From a virus: DNA of 64,000 nt. The notes under the pieces were generated by a model that ran no database searches, was not told the origin of the DNA, and saw nothing but the letters and a program-made list of their open reading frames with translations. The stretch is taken from positions 2,474-66,473 of IMG/VR virus record IMGVR_UViG_3300031812_000001, one strand, 5' to 3'. Position numbers and translations under genes: made by a program. Positions 1 through 10,209 of the stretch are shown piece by piece (the first letter of the stretch is position 1; each line of letters starts with the position of its first letter).

Positions 1-768
1 GGAACAGCCCCTTGGAACGCAGGTGTCTTTGGCGGTCCTGGCTCCACGGTCGGATCAGACATCATCTACCCTGCCCTTCGATTGATCCGAGTCATCCGCC
101 CGGGCCACGGACCCCAAAGCGAAATCCTAACCGAGGCGCTGGCTTGCCTGAATGCGCTGCTCGATGCATGGAATACAGAGCGGCTTACCATCCCATGCGT
201 CCTCGGGCGCACCTTTCAGGTCGTCTCCGGCCAGCAGTCCTACACGATTGGTCCGACCGGACAGTGGCTTCTGGAAGAGAGGCCGCAGCGCATTGAGGGC
301 GCGAGTCTGATCCGCAACCAGAGCGGTGGGTCACCCATAGAGATTCCGCTGAAGATCCTCATTTTGGATGAGTGGCAGGCCATCCCGGTTAAGGCCATTC
401 AATCGCCAGCCCCTCAGTCTCTCTATTACGATCCGTCACTAAATCTAGGAAATGGAACGGTTTACGTCTATCCCGTTCCGACTGAGGCCAACGACATCGT
501 GCTTCATCTTTGGAATCAGCTCAAGCAGTTTGAGTCACTTTCGGACCAGTTTGTGCTGCCTCAGGGATATCTCAAGGCGTTGCAGTACAGCCTGGCCGTC
601 GAGCTTGCCCCAAGGTATGAAAACTCAGTTCTGAGTCCGCTCGTGATCGACACGGCGGTGAAATCAAAAGCGCAAATCAAGTCAATGAACGTCGTCCCGC
701 TTCCGCTTCGGTGTGACGAAGCGCTGGTTGCGCGGCGCGGCGGATTCGATTGGAGAACCGGAAGATGA
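1..768 (+). CDS. Head-to-tail adaptor (P22 gp4-like), 5' truncated
   Basis: Frame is open from base 1 (GTAPWNAGVFGG...IIYPALRLIRV). LNALLDAW, YVYPVP and LPQGYLKALQYSLAVELAP are typical of podovirus adaptors. Lies upstream of a gp10-like gene. Confidence 0.7.
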   Translation, partial: GTAPWNAGVFGGPGSTVGSDIIYPALRLIRVIRPGHGPQSEILTEALACLNALLDAWNTERLTIPCVLGRTFQVVSGQQSYTIGPTGQWLLEERPQRIEGASLIRNQSGGSPIEIPLKILILDEWQAIPVKAIQSPAPQSLYYDPSLNLGNGTVYVYPVPTEANDIVLHLWNQLKQFESLSDQFVLPQGYLKALQYSLAVELAPRYENSVLSPLVIDTAVKSKAQIKSMNVVPLPLRCDEALVARRGGFDWRTGR

Positions 769-3359
769 GAAAAACCGCATTACTGATTCTCTCTGTTTCT
801 CTTCTCACTGCTGGCCTTCTTGCGCAGAATCCGAATCTGCCGGTGTTCCCGAACAGCATTGCGCAAGACAAGCACCTGCTCGTCGCCGTGGATTCTTCCA
901 TGTCGGTGCTCGCTGCAAACATCAACCAAACAACTCTTTCGATTCCGGTTGCGGACGGGACAAAATTCCGGGCCTATCAGGTGGTGAGAATCGACAACGA
1001 GAGCATTCTGATCTGCTCGGTGAACGGAAACATCCTCAATGTCTGCAATGATGGAAGGGGATTTGGCGGGTCAACCCCAGCAATACACGGAGCGGGAGCG
1101 GAGGTCAAGGGGCTGATATACGCTTGGCACCATAACCAATTGGCGGCTGAAATTAAGGCAATCCAGCAAGCGTTGGGGGTGAACCTGTCTTCTGTGGCCC
1201 CTGCCCAGCATAATCACGATGCCCAGAACATCACGTCTGGAACGCTCCCGGTCAGCCGCGGCGGTACCGGAGCCTCCACCCCTGAGGGAGCTCGACAGGC
1301 CCTCTCTACAGGCTACGTCAGGGTGCAGGCCAATCCACCCGCGAGCTGTTCCGTCGGCGACCTGTGGTTTGACTCCGACGCAACCCCAGGGAAAAATTGG
1401 TTCGGATGCACGGCTGCGAACACGTGGACGTTGCTTGGGTCCAGCTCCATCGAATGGGGGAGCATCACCGGAACGCTATCGAACCAGACGGACTTGCAGG
1501 CGGCCTTGGACGGAAAGGCCAACGCCACCCACAACCACGACAGCACCTATCAGGCCCTCAATCAAAAGAATCAGCCCAACGGCTACGCCGGACTGGACGG
1601 TTCTGGAAAGCTGTCTGCTTCGCAGGTTCCAGATTTGAGCAGCGTTTATCAGCCTCTCGACAGCGACCTGACGGTCATCGCCGGGCTGTCGTGCAGTTCT
1701 GGGCAAATCATCAAGCGCAACGCCAGCGGACTTTGGGAATGCGCGAATGACGCCACCGGAGGAAGCCCAACGTGGGGATCTATCACCGGAACGCTGTCGA
1801 ACCAGACGGACTTGCAGGCTGCTCTGGACGGCAAGGCCAACGCAACCCACAATCACGACAGCACCTATCAGGCGCTCAGCCAAAAGAACCAAGCCTATGG
1901 CTACGCCGGACTGGATGCCTCCGGCCTGCTGGCTGTTTCTCAAATCCCCGGCCTTCCAGCCTCCAAGATCACCAGCGGGCAGCTTTCGACAGCCTACGGC
2001 GGAACCGGACGAGGGGTGACCTGGACGCCCGGCTCCATGCTATTCATCAACTCCTCGAATGTCTTTGAACAGGACAATGCCAACCTGTTCTGGGACAACA
2101 CCAACAAGCGCCTGGGTATTGCAACAAACGCCCCGACGACTTCTCTGGATGTTAACGGCATCGTCCGCGCCAGAAATGGTTTCCGCATCAGCTCGTCGCC
2201 AGCGGCAGGCACATACCTGCGCAGTAATGGCTCTGAATTTGTGGAGAGTTCAATCCAGGCTTCCGATTTGCCTGATTTAAGCGAGACGTACCAGCCCAAA
2301 GACAGCGACTTAACCGCGATTGCTGGCTTGAGCTGTTCTAACGGGCAGGTGATCAAGCTGTCCAGCGGAGCGTGGGCCTGCGGCACAGACGAGCAGGGCG
2401 TCACGTCTGTTTCTGGCACAAGCAATGAGATCACGTCGAGCGGCGGGGCGACCCCCACTTTGAGCATCGCCGACACATTCCGCATCACAGGCAAAACAGC
2501 AACCGCCCCGGTGAAAGCCGCAACGTCTTTGCCGGCAACCTGTGCTATTGGCGACCTGTTCTTCAAAACAGACGCCACAGCAGGCCAGAACATGTATGGC
2601 TGTACGGCCACAAACACGTGGACCCTGTTGGGCGACGGAGGCGGCGGCAGCAGCGAGCCTTCTATCAATACATCTATCATCCAAGACTTTGAGGAATGGC
2701 TTTCACACGGAAATAACGCTACTGCACCCGTGGGCCGTTTGGGTTGGACCGTCAACATGGACAACGGCAGCGGTGCAGCTACGGCCGGATACGAGTCTTA
2801 TTCTTCTTATAACCTCATTGGTGTTGCGGAGATGGCCCCCGCTGGCGTCAACGCCCGCGTCACCCTGCATTTAGGCGCATATGGCATGGGCTATCGTTGG
2901 TTTGCCGCTGCCATTAACTCTTGGGAGTACCAGTTTGTCGTCCGCACCGATAACTACGAGAACACGCAAGTGTCATACATCGTCGGACTTGCTGACGCTG
3001 TAAGTCAGCAGCCGTCAAACGGAATCTGGGTGCGGTACCGTAATAACACCGGATGTACCGTAACAGGATCAGACTCCGGCTGGGTGTACGAAACGCGTTC
3101 CAGCGGCGCCAGCACCACTCAGGCGTCCGGCATGAGCGTGTCCACGGCTACGGTATACCGCATCCGAATCCGCAAGTCCGGCAGCGGCGTGGGATTTTCC
3201 ATGTGTTCCGGCGGGCCAACATGTACGTTGGGCAGCGAAACGGTTATCACAACCAATATTCCAACAGCTAACCTGTCGCCATATATTCAGTCCGTTAGTT
3301 GCGGCGCCGGCTATCACAAATTGTTTGCAGACCGCTTTGATGTTCTGATTCAGAGGTGA
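765..3359 (+). CDS. Tail fibre/spike-like protein with N-terminal signal-peptide-like sequence and internal duplicated modules
   Basis: ATGA overlap with the previous stop. G/S/T-rich, with fibre-like motifs (HNHDAQNITSGTLPVSRGGTG, WGSITGTLSNQTDLQAALDGK x2, NGYAGLD, LFWDNTNKRLGI). Confidence 0.65.
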   Translation: MRKTALLILSVSLLTAGLLAQNPNLPVFPNSIAQDKHLLVAVDSSMSVLAANINQTTLSIPVADGTKFRAYQVVRIDNESILICSVNGNILNVCNDGRGFGGSTPAIHGAGAEVKGLIYAWHHNQLAAEIKAIQQALGVNLSSVAPAQHNHDAQNITSGTLPVSRGGTGASTPEGARQALSTGYVRVQANPPASCSVGDLWFDSDATPGKNWFGCTAANTWTLLGSSSIEWGSITGTLSNQTDLQAALDGKANATHNHDSTYQALNQKNQPNGYAGLDGSGKLSASQVPDLSSVYQPLDSDLTVIAGLSCSSGQIIKRNASGLWECANDATGGSPTWGSITGTLSNQTDLQAALDGKANATHNHDSTYQALSQKNQAYGYAGLDASGLLAVSQIPGLPASKITSGQLSTAYGGTGRGVTWTPGSMLFINSSNVFEQDNANLFWDNTNKRLGIATNAPTTSLDVNGIVRARNGFRISSSPAAGTYLRSNGSEFVESSIQASDLPDLSETYQPKDSDLTAIAGLSCSNGQVIKLSSGAWACGTDEQGVTSVSGTSNEITSSGGATPTLSIADTFRITGKTATAPVKAATSLPATCAIGDLFFKTDATAGQNMYGCTATNTWTLLGDGGGGSSEPSINTSIIQDFEEWLSHGNNATAPVGRLGWTVNMDNGSGAATAGYESYSSYNLIGVAEMAPAGVNARVTLHLGAYGMGYRWFAAAINSWEYQFVVRTDNYENTQVSYIVGLADAVSQQPSNGIWVRYRNNTGCTVTGSDSGWVYETRSSGASTTQASGMSVSTATVYRIRIRKSGSGVGFSMCSGGPTCTLGSETVITTNIPTANLSPYIQSVSCGAGYHKLFADRFDVLIQR
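1452..1916 (+). repeat. Intragenic direct repeat of about 145 bp, two copies (about 1454-1598 and 1773-1916)
   Basis: Near-identical DNA encoding WGSITGTLSNQTDLQAALDGKANATHNHDSTYQAL.QKNQ..GYAGLD twice. Confidence 0.9.
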
Positions 3360-3381
3360 CCTGCATCGTAGCGCCCTTGCC

Positions 3382-3858
3382 ATGCCTCAATTCAACGAAG
3401 CGCTGTTTGGACAACATCTTTTCGGAGAACCAATCCCTCAGCCCGGGGCGTCTCAGGCGGCCTCGCTGCTCGGGGTTGTTTCTGTACTGCCTGTGCGATT
3501 CGGGGTTGTTTCAGTGCGGCCCATGCGATGCGGCTTCATCCGAATCAGCCGTTTTGTGAAGGACATGCAAATGAACCAACGTCCCATAGAACTCCGCCAA
3601 TACGACGCCAAAGACGTGTACTGGGAAATCTCGGACGGGACCATTCAGTCTGTAACCTGGTTCAGTCTCGTAATGTTCCCACAGTCCCCGCCCGGCACAC
3701 AAAGTCTTGTCATTCAGCCTCTCTCAAACACCAGCACCAAGGCTTTCGCCAGAATTTCGGGCGCCTCAAAGGGCTCGTTGCACAAGCTCACTGCGGTGAT
3801 CTGGCTTACGGACGGGCAGTCTAGGGAGTGTTCCCGGTTCGTGCTTGGAGTGGATTAA
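3382..3858 (+). CDS. Putative fibre-tail adaptor protein
   Basis: Position between fibre and gp10-like genes. The C-terminal ~95 aa (DVYWEISDGTIQSVTW...ARISG...LTDGQ) resembles small Ig-like adaptors. Possible internal start at 3565. Confidence 0.4.
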   Translation: MPQFNEALFGQHLFGEPIPQPGASQAASLLGVVSVLPVRFGVVSVRPMRCGFIRISRFVKDMQMNQRPIELRQYDAKDVYWEISDGTIQSVTWFSLVMFPQSPPGTQSLVIQPLSNTSTKAFARISGASKGSLHKLTAVIWLTDGQSRECSRFVLGVD

Positions 3859-5535
3859 ATGCAGGTTCCACTGTTCCAGGGCGGCAGCTACCTTTCGTCG
3901 AGTCCAAGATGGTCGGCGGACCGAACGCTGAATCTGTTCTCGGAGGTGGGCGAGAGCGGCGCGACCAGATCCAAAATGCGCCTGCGTGGGACCCCGGGAC
4001 TGTCGTGGTTCTGTCAACTTCCCTACGGTCCGGTTCGTGGTTTTTGGGCGAACGAGTACCGCCTGTTTGCCGCGTCCGGGTCGTATCTATATGAGATATT
4101 TCCCAATGCAAGTTATGCCTACCTTGGAAACATCGGGAACGACGCCTCGAATTCTCCGGTGCAAATGTTCGCAAACGGGACTCAGCTTTTTATCGTTTCG
4201 GCAGGCAACTGCTATATCCACACTGGCGTAAATCTAATACAATGTGTCCTTGCGCAGATAAGAGGAACAATTAAAACCGTATCGTATACCGCGCACACCC
4301 GCCGCGACAGAGAAGACGTTTATCGCCCAATGGAAGGCGTCTCATCCGGCACGACAGTTCAATGGACCGGCGGCGACCTGTTTGATCCGACAATGGTTGG
4401 CGGCACAATCAAAATCAACGGGCAGACAAAGCATGTGCTGTGGGTTAGCGACAACCGTGAGTTTCTTGTTGTGCAAGAAACCGATCTGGGAAGTCTGGTT
4501 GACGCACCGTATGAGGCCGACATCCCCGTCAAGGCAAAGACGGGCGCCTTCATAGACGGGTACTTTGTGGCGGCCCCGGAAAGCCACAAGTATTTTTACA
4601 TCAGTGACCTGTACAACGGACTGACCTGGGACCCGTTGGATTTTGCGGTGAAGGAGGGCTGGCCCGACAATATCGCGTGCGTTCTGACCGATCACGGGGA
4701 TCTCTGGTTGATGGGGAGGGAAACCATTGAAGTCTGGAGGAACACCGGGAACCCGGACTTTCCGTTCGAGAGGTTTCTTCCGGGCTTCATCCAACAAGGC
4801 GTTGTCGCGCCATTCAGCGTAGTCCGTTTCGCTGATGGAGTGGCATGGTTGGGCGGAGATACTCGCGGCAGGTTGAGCGCGTGGCTCGCGCGAGGATACC
4901 AGCCGGTCAGAATCTCCACTCATGCCATAGAGGAACAATGGGCCTCATATCAGGTGCCCGAAATCGCCGAAGCCTTCACCTACCGATACGAGGGACATGA
5001 GTTTTGGCAAATCACATTTCCGTACGACGAGAAGACTTGGGTTTTCGATGCAAACACTAAATTATGGCACGAGCGTTCTTCCAGGGCCGAGGACAACAGC
5101 CAGAAAAGGCACCGCGCCAGGTGTTGCGCTTCGGTGTGGGGGAAAATCTTTGTTGGCGATTGGTACGACGGAAACATCTATCAGATGACCGGATCTGCTT
5201 ATACAGACAATGGGACCCCCATCCTCAGAATGCGCCAGGCGCCCCACATGCTGGACGAGATGAAGAATCATTTCTACAGCCGCCTGCAACTCGATGTCGA
5301 GACCGGGGTTCAGGTCAGTTCGCCGGAGTTCAATCTATCGTGGTCCGATGATGGCGGCTATACCTTTAGACCTCCAATCACGGCCACCGGCGGCGACCTT
5401 AATGAGTACGCCAAACGCGTAGTCTGGCGCCGGCTTGGAAAGAGCAGGGACCGGGTTTTCAGGATCTCCTCGGAAGCGCCCATTCCGCATGTTTGGATTG
5501 ACGCATACGTGGACGTACTGCCTGGGAATAGCTGA
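3859..5535 (+). CDS. Packaged DNA stabilisation / tail hub protein (P22 gp10-like)
   Basis: LRGTPGL, IDGYFV, DPLDFA..EGWPDNI, GHEFW, LWHER, WSDDGG.TF and WRRLG.SRDRVFRI match the P22 gp10 family. Confidence 0.85.
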   Translation: MQVPLFQGGSYLSSSPRWSADRTLNLFSEVGESGATRSKMRLRGTPGLSWFCQLPYGPVRGFWANEYRLFAASGSYLYEIFPNASYAYLGNIGNDASNSPVQMFANGTQLFIVSAGNCYIHTGVNLIQCVLAQIRGTIKTVSYTAHTRRDREDVYRPMEGVSSGTTVQWTGGDLFDPTMVGGTIKINGQTKHVLWVSDNREFLVVQETDLGSLVDAPYEADIPVKAKTGAFIDGYFVAAPESHKYFYISDLYNGLTWDPLDFAVKEGWPDNIACVLTDHGDLWLMGRETIEVWRNTGNPDFPFERFLPGFIQQGVVAPFSVVRFADGVAWLGGDTRGRLSAWLARGYQPVRISTHAIEEQWASYQVPEIAEAFTYRYEGHEFWQITFPYDEKTWVFDANTKLWHERSSRAEDNSQKRHRARCCASVWGKIFVGDWYDGNIYQMTGSAYTDNGTPILRMRQAPHMLDEMKNHFYSRLQLDVETGVQVSSPEFNLSWSDDGGYTFRPPITATGGDLNEYAKRVVWRRLGKSRDRVFRISSEAPIPHVWIDAYVDVLPGNS

Positions 5536-6047
5536 TGCCATTCAACATCAGGCGCTCGCAACAGATTCAGGTTCCGGTTCGCAGCCCTCTCTTCGACGAA
5601 GTTGAAGGCGCAAGCGAGGGATCGAGGGAAAGATTTGCGCCCTTAAACCGAAACTGGATTCAGTTCTTTACGGCACTTGCGTCGAAAGCGACTTCAGCCG
5701 ATGAAAACAGATACCGACCAGTGATTGTTCTGTCCGTCAACGGAACACTCGGGATTGGCTCTGATCTGACCCCCCGGCTTCGCTTTCCATTGGACATCAA
5801 GCCGACCGGAGTTCTAGCTGAGGTCAAGCAGGCCCCGGTTGGGGACTCCATCGTCTTGAAAATCTTATCTAATGAGACACTGTGGATGCAGCTTTCCATT
5901 CCGGATGGGCAGACCTCGGTTTCGGCAGCCCCGCAAGAAGTCGAGGACGCCCGACCCATCCCTGCTGGAAACAACATCCGCTTAGACGTCGTTCAAGTCG
6001 GAACCACATTTCCGGGAGCAGACCTTGTCGTGCTCCTGTACACGTAA
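5535..6047 (+). CDS. Hypothetical virion protein
   Basis: Coupled to the gp10-like gene. N-terminal P.R.PL...NWIQFF motif is common downstream of gp10; C-terminal beta domain. Confidence 0.55.
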   Translation: MPFNIRRSQQIQVPVRSPLFDEVEGASEGSRERFAPLNRNWIQFFTALASKATSADENRYRPVIVLSVNGTLGIGSDLTPRLRFPLDIKPTGVLAEVKQAPVGDSIVLKILSNETLWMQLSIPDGQTSVSAAPQEVEDARPIPAGNNIRLDVVQVGTTFPGADLVVLLYT

Positions 6048-6077
6048 TGCGTCTCAGCAAGCGAATCGGCATTGTCA

Positions 6078-9000
6078 ATGGCAGCGGAAACGATATTTAA
6101 GCTCCAGCCCAATCGGACCATGTACTTGCGCGGGTTCGACCGCAGGGGGGCTTGCGCCGCACTCTGCGAAGCCACCGATACGTCCTTTAAGGTCTACGGC
6201 GTGTTTCGGGACATGGCCGATTTCGCGGTGGTGGTCCTGTGGGATGCGGACAACTTCTTCGAGCATTACTCGATGAAGTACTTGCCGGACTTCAACTTCA
6301 TGGGACTGGTCCTCACCTTTGACCTTCACTACCAGGGACTCCAGCCGATTGACAGTCCGAAGTACAACTGGATTGACTGGGCCACTCTGGACGTGCTTAA
6401 GCCAACCGGCGAGACGATGCAGGTTCGGCTCTGGGACCATGCGACGCTTCAAAGCGGAACGTTCTCGGTTGCCTCGGGGGAGATTACAGTTCAGGCGAAC
6501 TACGTGGCGCCGTATGACCGCATTACGCTGTGGCTCAACAACGTGGCCTTCGACCACATTGTTCCTTGGTTTCCCGAAAACTGCCTGCACGCCGTTTGGT
6601 GGCAGGGAGACCCAAATTACGTCCACTGGGTGAAGATCGGCGACACAACCTATTCATGCATCGAGGATGGCTACAGCAGCGCCCAGATTGCCCAGAACAT
6701 AGCGGCGCAGATCAACGCCAACGACCCCTACTGCACCGCGAGCACGGGTGGAACCTATGGAAACGAGATCACCATCAGGTTGCGCCCAGGCCAGTACGGT
6801 CCGGTGAACGTCACGAGTTCCGACGGCTCGGCCCCCTCTTCCATCTACCGCCCAAGTCCAGAATCAATGGCCGCAATCCTTAGAGACCAGATCAATGAGG
6901 CAAACTGGCCGGCGCTCGGACCGACGATTGCGGTGATGGCCAGCACGTCAGGCGCAACGCTCACCATCAAGGCGGCGCGTTACGGAACGGTCAACACGGA
7001 CGGGACTTCCGTCTCTTGGGTCAGCGGCGACAAGTTCACGGCCATAGCGCCCGGCTCGCCCATATTCATAAACGGCAATCAGTACACGGTGGACTCCGTA
7101 TCCAGCGCAACATCTCTGACGCTGACAACCTCGGCGGGCACGCAGTCAGGGGTCCGATACCTAGCCGAGCGCGGCGGCGACGACGGGAACATGGTCACGC
7201 TCTATGCCACGTGGAAGAACAACTATCTGAAATTCGACAAGTCGGTCCTGAAGTTGTCTGGAGGGTCTTCAGATGTGACGTGGCGCGTTTCCCTAGACTT
7301 CTCGGCCCTGGGCATTGATGAGGTGCGACAGATGTGGCTCACGCTCGCCCCGAAGCTGGCAGACGGCGCCGCCTATCAAGACACTGAGTGGACCGCAACT
7401 TTTACGAACTGGACCGTCAGCGGATTGCCTGAATTGCGCGCGCTGAAGGTTGCCGGGCCGGGAAGCGTCCGCGTCGGAAGCCGCGATGCACGTGTAAGAT
7501 ACAGAGGCTTAAGTTGGGAGCGTCAGTGGTCAAACAACCTGTATGGCGGAACCGCCATGCAGACCAGCGAGCCATTGAGCGAGCTGACCATCCAATACGC
7601 CTGCAACGCTTTCCACGACCTCTGGCTGGGGACGCGTCTTTATCGAGACTGTGGAATCGTTTATGTTAGCGTGGACGGGGGAGACCCAAGGCAACTGGAT
7701 TGCTACCTTGATTCCAATGAACCGATTTTGACTAGAAGGAGAATTTGGTCGGACCTCTTGCCTGGAACGCACTCCGTTACCATATATTTGTCAACAACGA
7801 AAAACCAAAACTCGACCGGAACTAATTTCCTGTTTGATTATTTGGAGGCCGTCGTTCCGTCTGACGTTCCCGATCCGCAACGGGTCTACCAAAACGTCTC
7901 GCTGGCAATAGACTACGACACGGACCACACCTACAAGATCCCACCCGCGCGTCTCGTTTGGAACCTTGACCGTCTCGGAATGCGCGGCGCCGTCAACGAG
8001 TACGTCGGCGTCTTCTGGTGGAATCAGAGGAAGCGCGTCGGAGGCTGGTGGAAGACCTGGGTGTTGAGGTTCGGAGGAACATGGCGGGACGGAGATGAGG
8101 TGTTTCTATCCATAGGCTCGTTCACGATGGGCAAGAGCGTCTTCCCGCAGGATACGGTTTCCACCATCGCAGCGCATTTCAAGTATTTCATAAACCACTC
8201 GCTGGTGAGCGTGTGGGCAGAGACCACAGAGGTGCCAGGGGAACTGAAGATCCACGTGCGCACGCCGATCTGGTCAGACACTAAGAGCGTGAGCAAGTCC
8301 TCGGCAAACGGAACGATTGCCCAGGTCGGCGACCTGTCGGCTGGAATCGAGGGGACGTGGGTCATTGACGACGAAGCCCAGAACCCGATCAACTGGCCGG
8401 CGAGGAAGTGGCACTCTGACCTCTTTGCGCAGGTGGCGGCAAAGGGCTGGGGTGCGGTTGCCGCGTTTTCTATGGAACTGGTCAACCCGCCTGATGACCC
8501 GGACGGCGGCAAGGTGTACGCAGCGCGGTTCTACGAGGGGAACCCGGTCGAGACAGACGTAGGCTTTGCCAATCTCAAGAGCACACACTGCGCGTTCTCC
8601 GCAACCATGCTCGAATACCAGAAGGCCGCCTACAAGGAAATGGCCAAGCTCATGTCCGATGCTGGCCTTACGCCTTGGCTCCAGTTCGGCGAGTTCCTCT
8701 GGTGGTTTTTCTCGTCTAAGGCGCTTGTGGTTACTGCCGTTGACGGCAACGAAATCACCGTGAACGCTGATCACGGATTCTCCTCTGGCGACCGGGTGGT
8801 GATTGCTGGCACTCGCGTGTTGGACGGGACTAGGACGGTCACCCCCCATGCAACGGACCCGAAAAAGTTCACCGTCGGCGGGGAGGTGAATCCCGGACCC
8901 TGGACCGGCACGGGGCAGGTTCGCGGCGGCTCAATGGCCTATTATGATGCCGACACGCAAGCCGCAGCCGTGTCCCAGCTTGGGCGACCGCTTGCCCGCT

Positions 9001-9545
9001 TCACCTGCCAGGATGATGATCCAGAGGTAAATGACGGACAGGATGCCAACTTTTTGGCCGAGCGGCTGAGGTCCCACATGGACGCGATCCGGGAACACGT
9101 GTTGGCGTCGTACCCAAACGCGAAGTTTGAGTGGCTGTTCCCTTACGACGTTAACCATCCGTCCTGCTACTACACCAATGCCCTTCCCTACCCTCAGGGC
9201 GGAAGGATGAACGCTCGCGTGAATCTGCCGCAAGCCCTCACCCAGAAGACAGGAAGCGGACTGTACAGAATCAAAATGGAGGCTTTGTCTTGGGGTTCCT
9301 TTTATCGGAACTGGAGCCGAGCAGCCGAGTCTATCTCGTTCCCATTCAACCAGTTACAGTGGCCCAAGGACTCCTGCGCCTACCTCATCCCGTGGTTCAA
9401 TGGCGGATGCTTCTGGGCTAAAGAGTACCTGGAGTGCATTAGACACGGCCTTCCCCTCATCAACTTCTGGGCCTTCGACCACGCTTGTCTAATGGGTTGG
9501 CCTCTTGCCTTTCCAGAAGAGGAACGCACGGCCCGGGTGATGTAG
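6078..9545 (+). CDS. Large tail-associated protein with C-terminal TIM-barrel-like domain
   Basis: 1155 aa, beta-rich N-terminus. DYDTDHTY, YVGVFWW and LQFGEFLWW resemble TIM-barrel tail proteins described for GTA/phiCbK-like elements. Confidence 0.55.
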   Translation: MAAETIFKLQPNRTMYLRGFDRRGACAALCEATDTSFKVYGVFRDMADFAVVVLWDADNFFEHYSMKYLPDFNFMGLVLTFDLHYQGLQPIDSPKYNWIDWATLDVLKPTGETMQVRLWDHATLQSGTFSVASGEITVQANYVAPYDRITLWLNNVAFDHIVPWFPENCLHAVWWQGDPNYVHWVKIGDTTYSCIEDGYSSAQIAQNIAAQINANDPYCTASTGGTYGNEITIRLRPGQYGPVNVTSSDGSAPSSIYRPSPESMAAILRDQINEANWPALGPTIAVMASTSGATLTIKAARYGTVNTDGTSVSWVSGDKFTAIAPGSPIFINGNQYTVDSVSSATSLTLTTSAGTQSGVRYLAERGGDDGNMVTLYATWKNNYLKFDKSVLKLSGGSSDVTWRVSLDFSALGIDEVRQMWLTLAPKLADGAAYQDTEWTATFTNWTVSGLPELRALKVAGPGSVRVGSRDARVRYRGLSWERQWSNNLYGGTAMQTSEPLSELTIQYACNAFHDLWLGTRLYRDCGIVYVSVDGGDPRQLDCYLDSNEPILTRRRIWSDLLPGTHSVTIYLSTTKNQNSTGTNFLFDYLEAVVPSDVPDPQRVYQNVSLAIDYDTDHTYKIPPARLVWNLDRLGMRGAVNEYVGVFWWNQRKRVGGWWKTWVLRFGGTWRDGDEVFLSIGSFTMGKSVFPQDTVSTIAAHFKYFINHSLVSVWAETTEVPGELKIHVRTPIWSDTKSVSKSSANGTIAQVGDLSAGIEGTWVIDDEAQNPINWPARKWHSDLFAQVAAKGWGAVAAFSMELVNPPDDPDGGKVYAARFYEGNPVETDVGFANLKSTHCAFSATMLEYQKAAYKEMAKLMSDAGLTPWLQFGEFLWWFFSSKALVVTAVDGNEITVNADHGFSSGDRVVIAGTRVLDGTRTVTPHATDPKKFTVGGEVNPGPWTGTGQVRGGSMAYYDADTQAAAVSQLGRPLARFTCQDDDPEVNDGQDANFLAERLRSHMDAIREHVLASYPNAKFEWLFPYDVNHPSCYYTNALPYPQGGRMNARVNLPQALTQKTGSGLYRIKMEALSWGSFYRNWSRAAESISFPFNQLQWPKDSCAYLIPWFNGGCFWAKEYLECIRHGLPLINFWAFDHACLMGWPLAFPEEERTARVM

Positions 9546-9589
9546 GAAGAGCCAGGGTTTCTTTTCGCACAACACTGGAGAGAAGTGTA

Positions 9590-9925
9590 ATGCAAATTGG
9601 AAACGCCGAACGCAGCGAACGAAAACCGATGTACCACAAGATACCCGCTTGTGCCTTGAGGCGACTGGCGGAGCGCTACACCGAAGGGTCCAGGTATGAC
9701 GGCCCCGACGGGTCGATGAAGATTCCGGCTGTGCAGAACTGGCAGCAGGGCAACGCTGAATTTTTTGCCGATGCCTTCAATCATCTGGTCGAACACCTGT
9801 TCCGGTGGGCCTCTGGAGACCGCACCGACGATCATCTGGCGGCAGCGGCATGGGGGTGCTTCGCTCTCATGTGGGCGCAAGAGCAAGGAATCATAGACCC
9901 TCCGCCAGGAAACCTGCGACTTTAG
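9590..9925 (+). CDS. dATP/dGTP diphosphohydrolase-like protein (DUF5664), 3' end interrupted by the IS605 mini-element
   Basis: ALRRLAERYTEG..Y...NWQQG...NHLVEHL..W..GD..DDHLAAAAWG. GGAG RBS. The original frame resumes at 10132 and ends at TGA 10213. Confidence 0.75.
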   Translation: MQIGNAERSERKPMYHKIPACALRRLAERYTEGSRYDGPDGSMKIPAVQNWQQGNAEFFADAFNHLVEHLFRWASGDRTDDHLAAAAWGCFALMWAQEQGIIDPPPGNLRL

Positions 9926-10131
9926 TCGCGGGAGGAATGGCGCTTGCGCGAAGCGCACCATAGTGTGGTTTCCGGGCGCACGCCGACTGCAATGCCAGTC
10001 GAAACCTTGCCCGGATTGGCAGTGGTGCCCCGCTGCCAAGGGCGGCTGTAAACACGCCTAATGTTGGGGATGCCAACCATGTCTGTTGCGTCTCACAATA
10101 AAGCCTTCGACTTCAGTCGAGGGTTGTTTAC
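9895..10131 (+). mobile_element. 237-bp non-autonomous IS200/IS605 (TnpB) mini-element: left end, tnpB 3' remnant/omegaRNA, right end
   Basis: Left hairpin cgccaggaaacctgcgac-ttta-gtcgcgggaggaatggcg. TnpB tail CGFRAHADCNASRNLARIG...RAAVNTPNV (9964-10101). Right hairpin ccttcgac-ttca-gtcgaggg followed by ttgtttac. Removal restores the interrupted ORF. Confidence 0.8.
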
Positions 10132-10151
10132 AGATGGACATCGCCATGACG
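9964..10151 (+). ncRNA. Putative TnpB omegaRNA (reRNA) scaffold plus ~20-nt guide agatggacatcgccatgacg
   Basis: TnpB guide RNAs overlap the tnpB 3' end and right end and extend into the flank, and this is exactly the part retained. Internal hairpin ggcagtggtgccccgctgcc. Boundaries approximate. Confidence 0.55.
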
Positions 10152-10209
10152 CCGAATCGCAAGACCGAAAGGCCATTGCAGGTCAAATTCCAATTTTCGG
10201 AGGACCGGT

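Noticed and set aside
9937-10101. Stop-codon readthrough or recoded TAG giving a TnpB mini-protein
   Set aside because: The GGAGG-ATG is part of the left-end hairpin; TAG terminates many genes normally here and there is no suppressor tRNA.
9895-10131. Self-splicing intron / IStron
   Set aside because: The insert is accounted for by IS ends and the tnpB tail; no group I core is recognisable.
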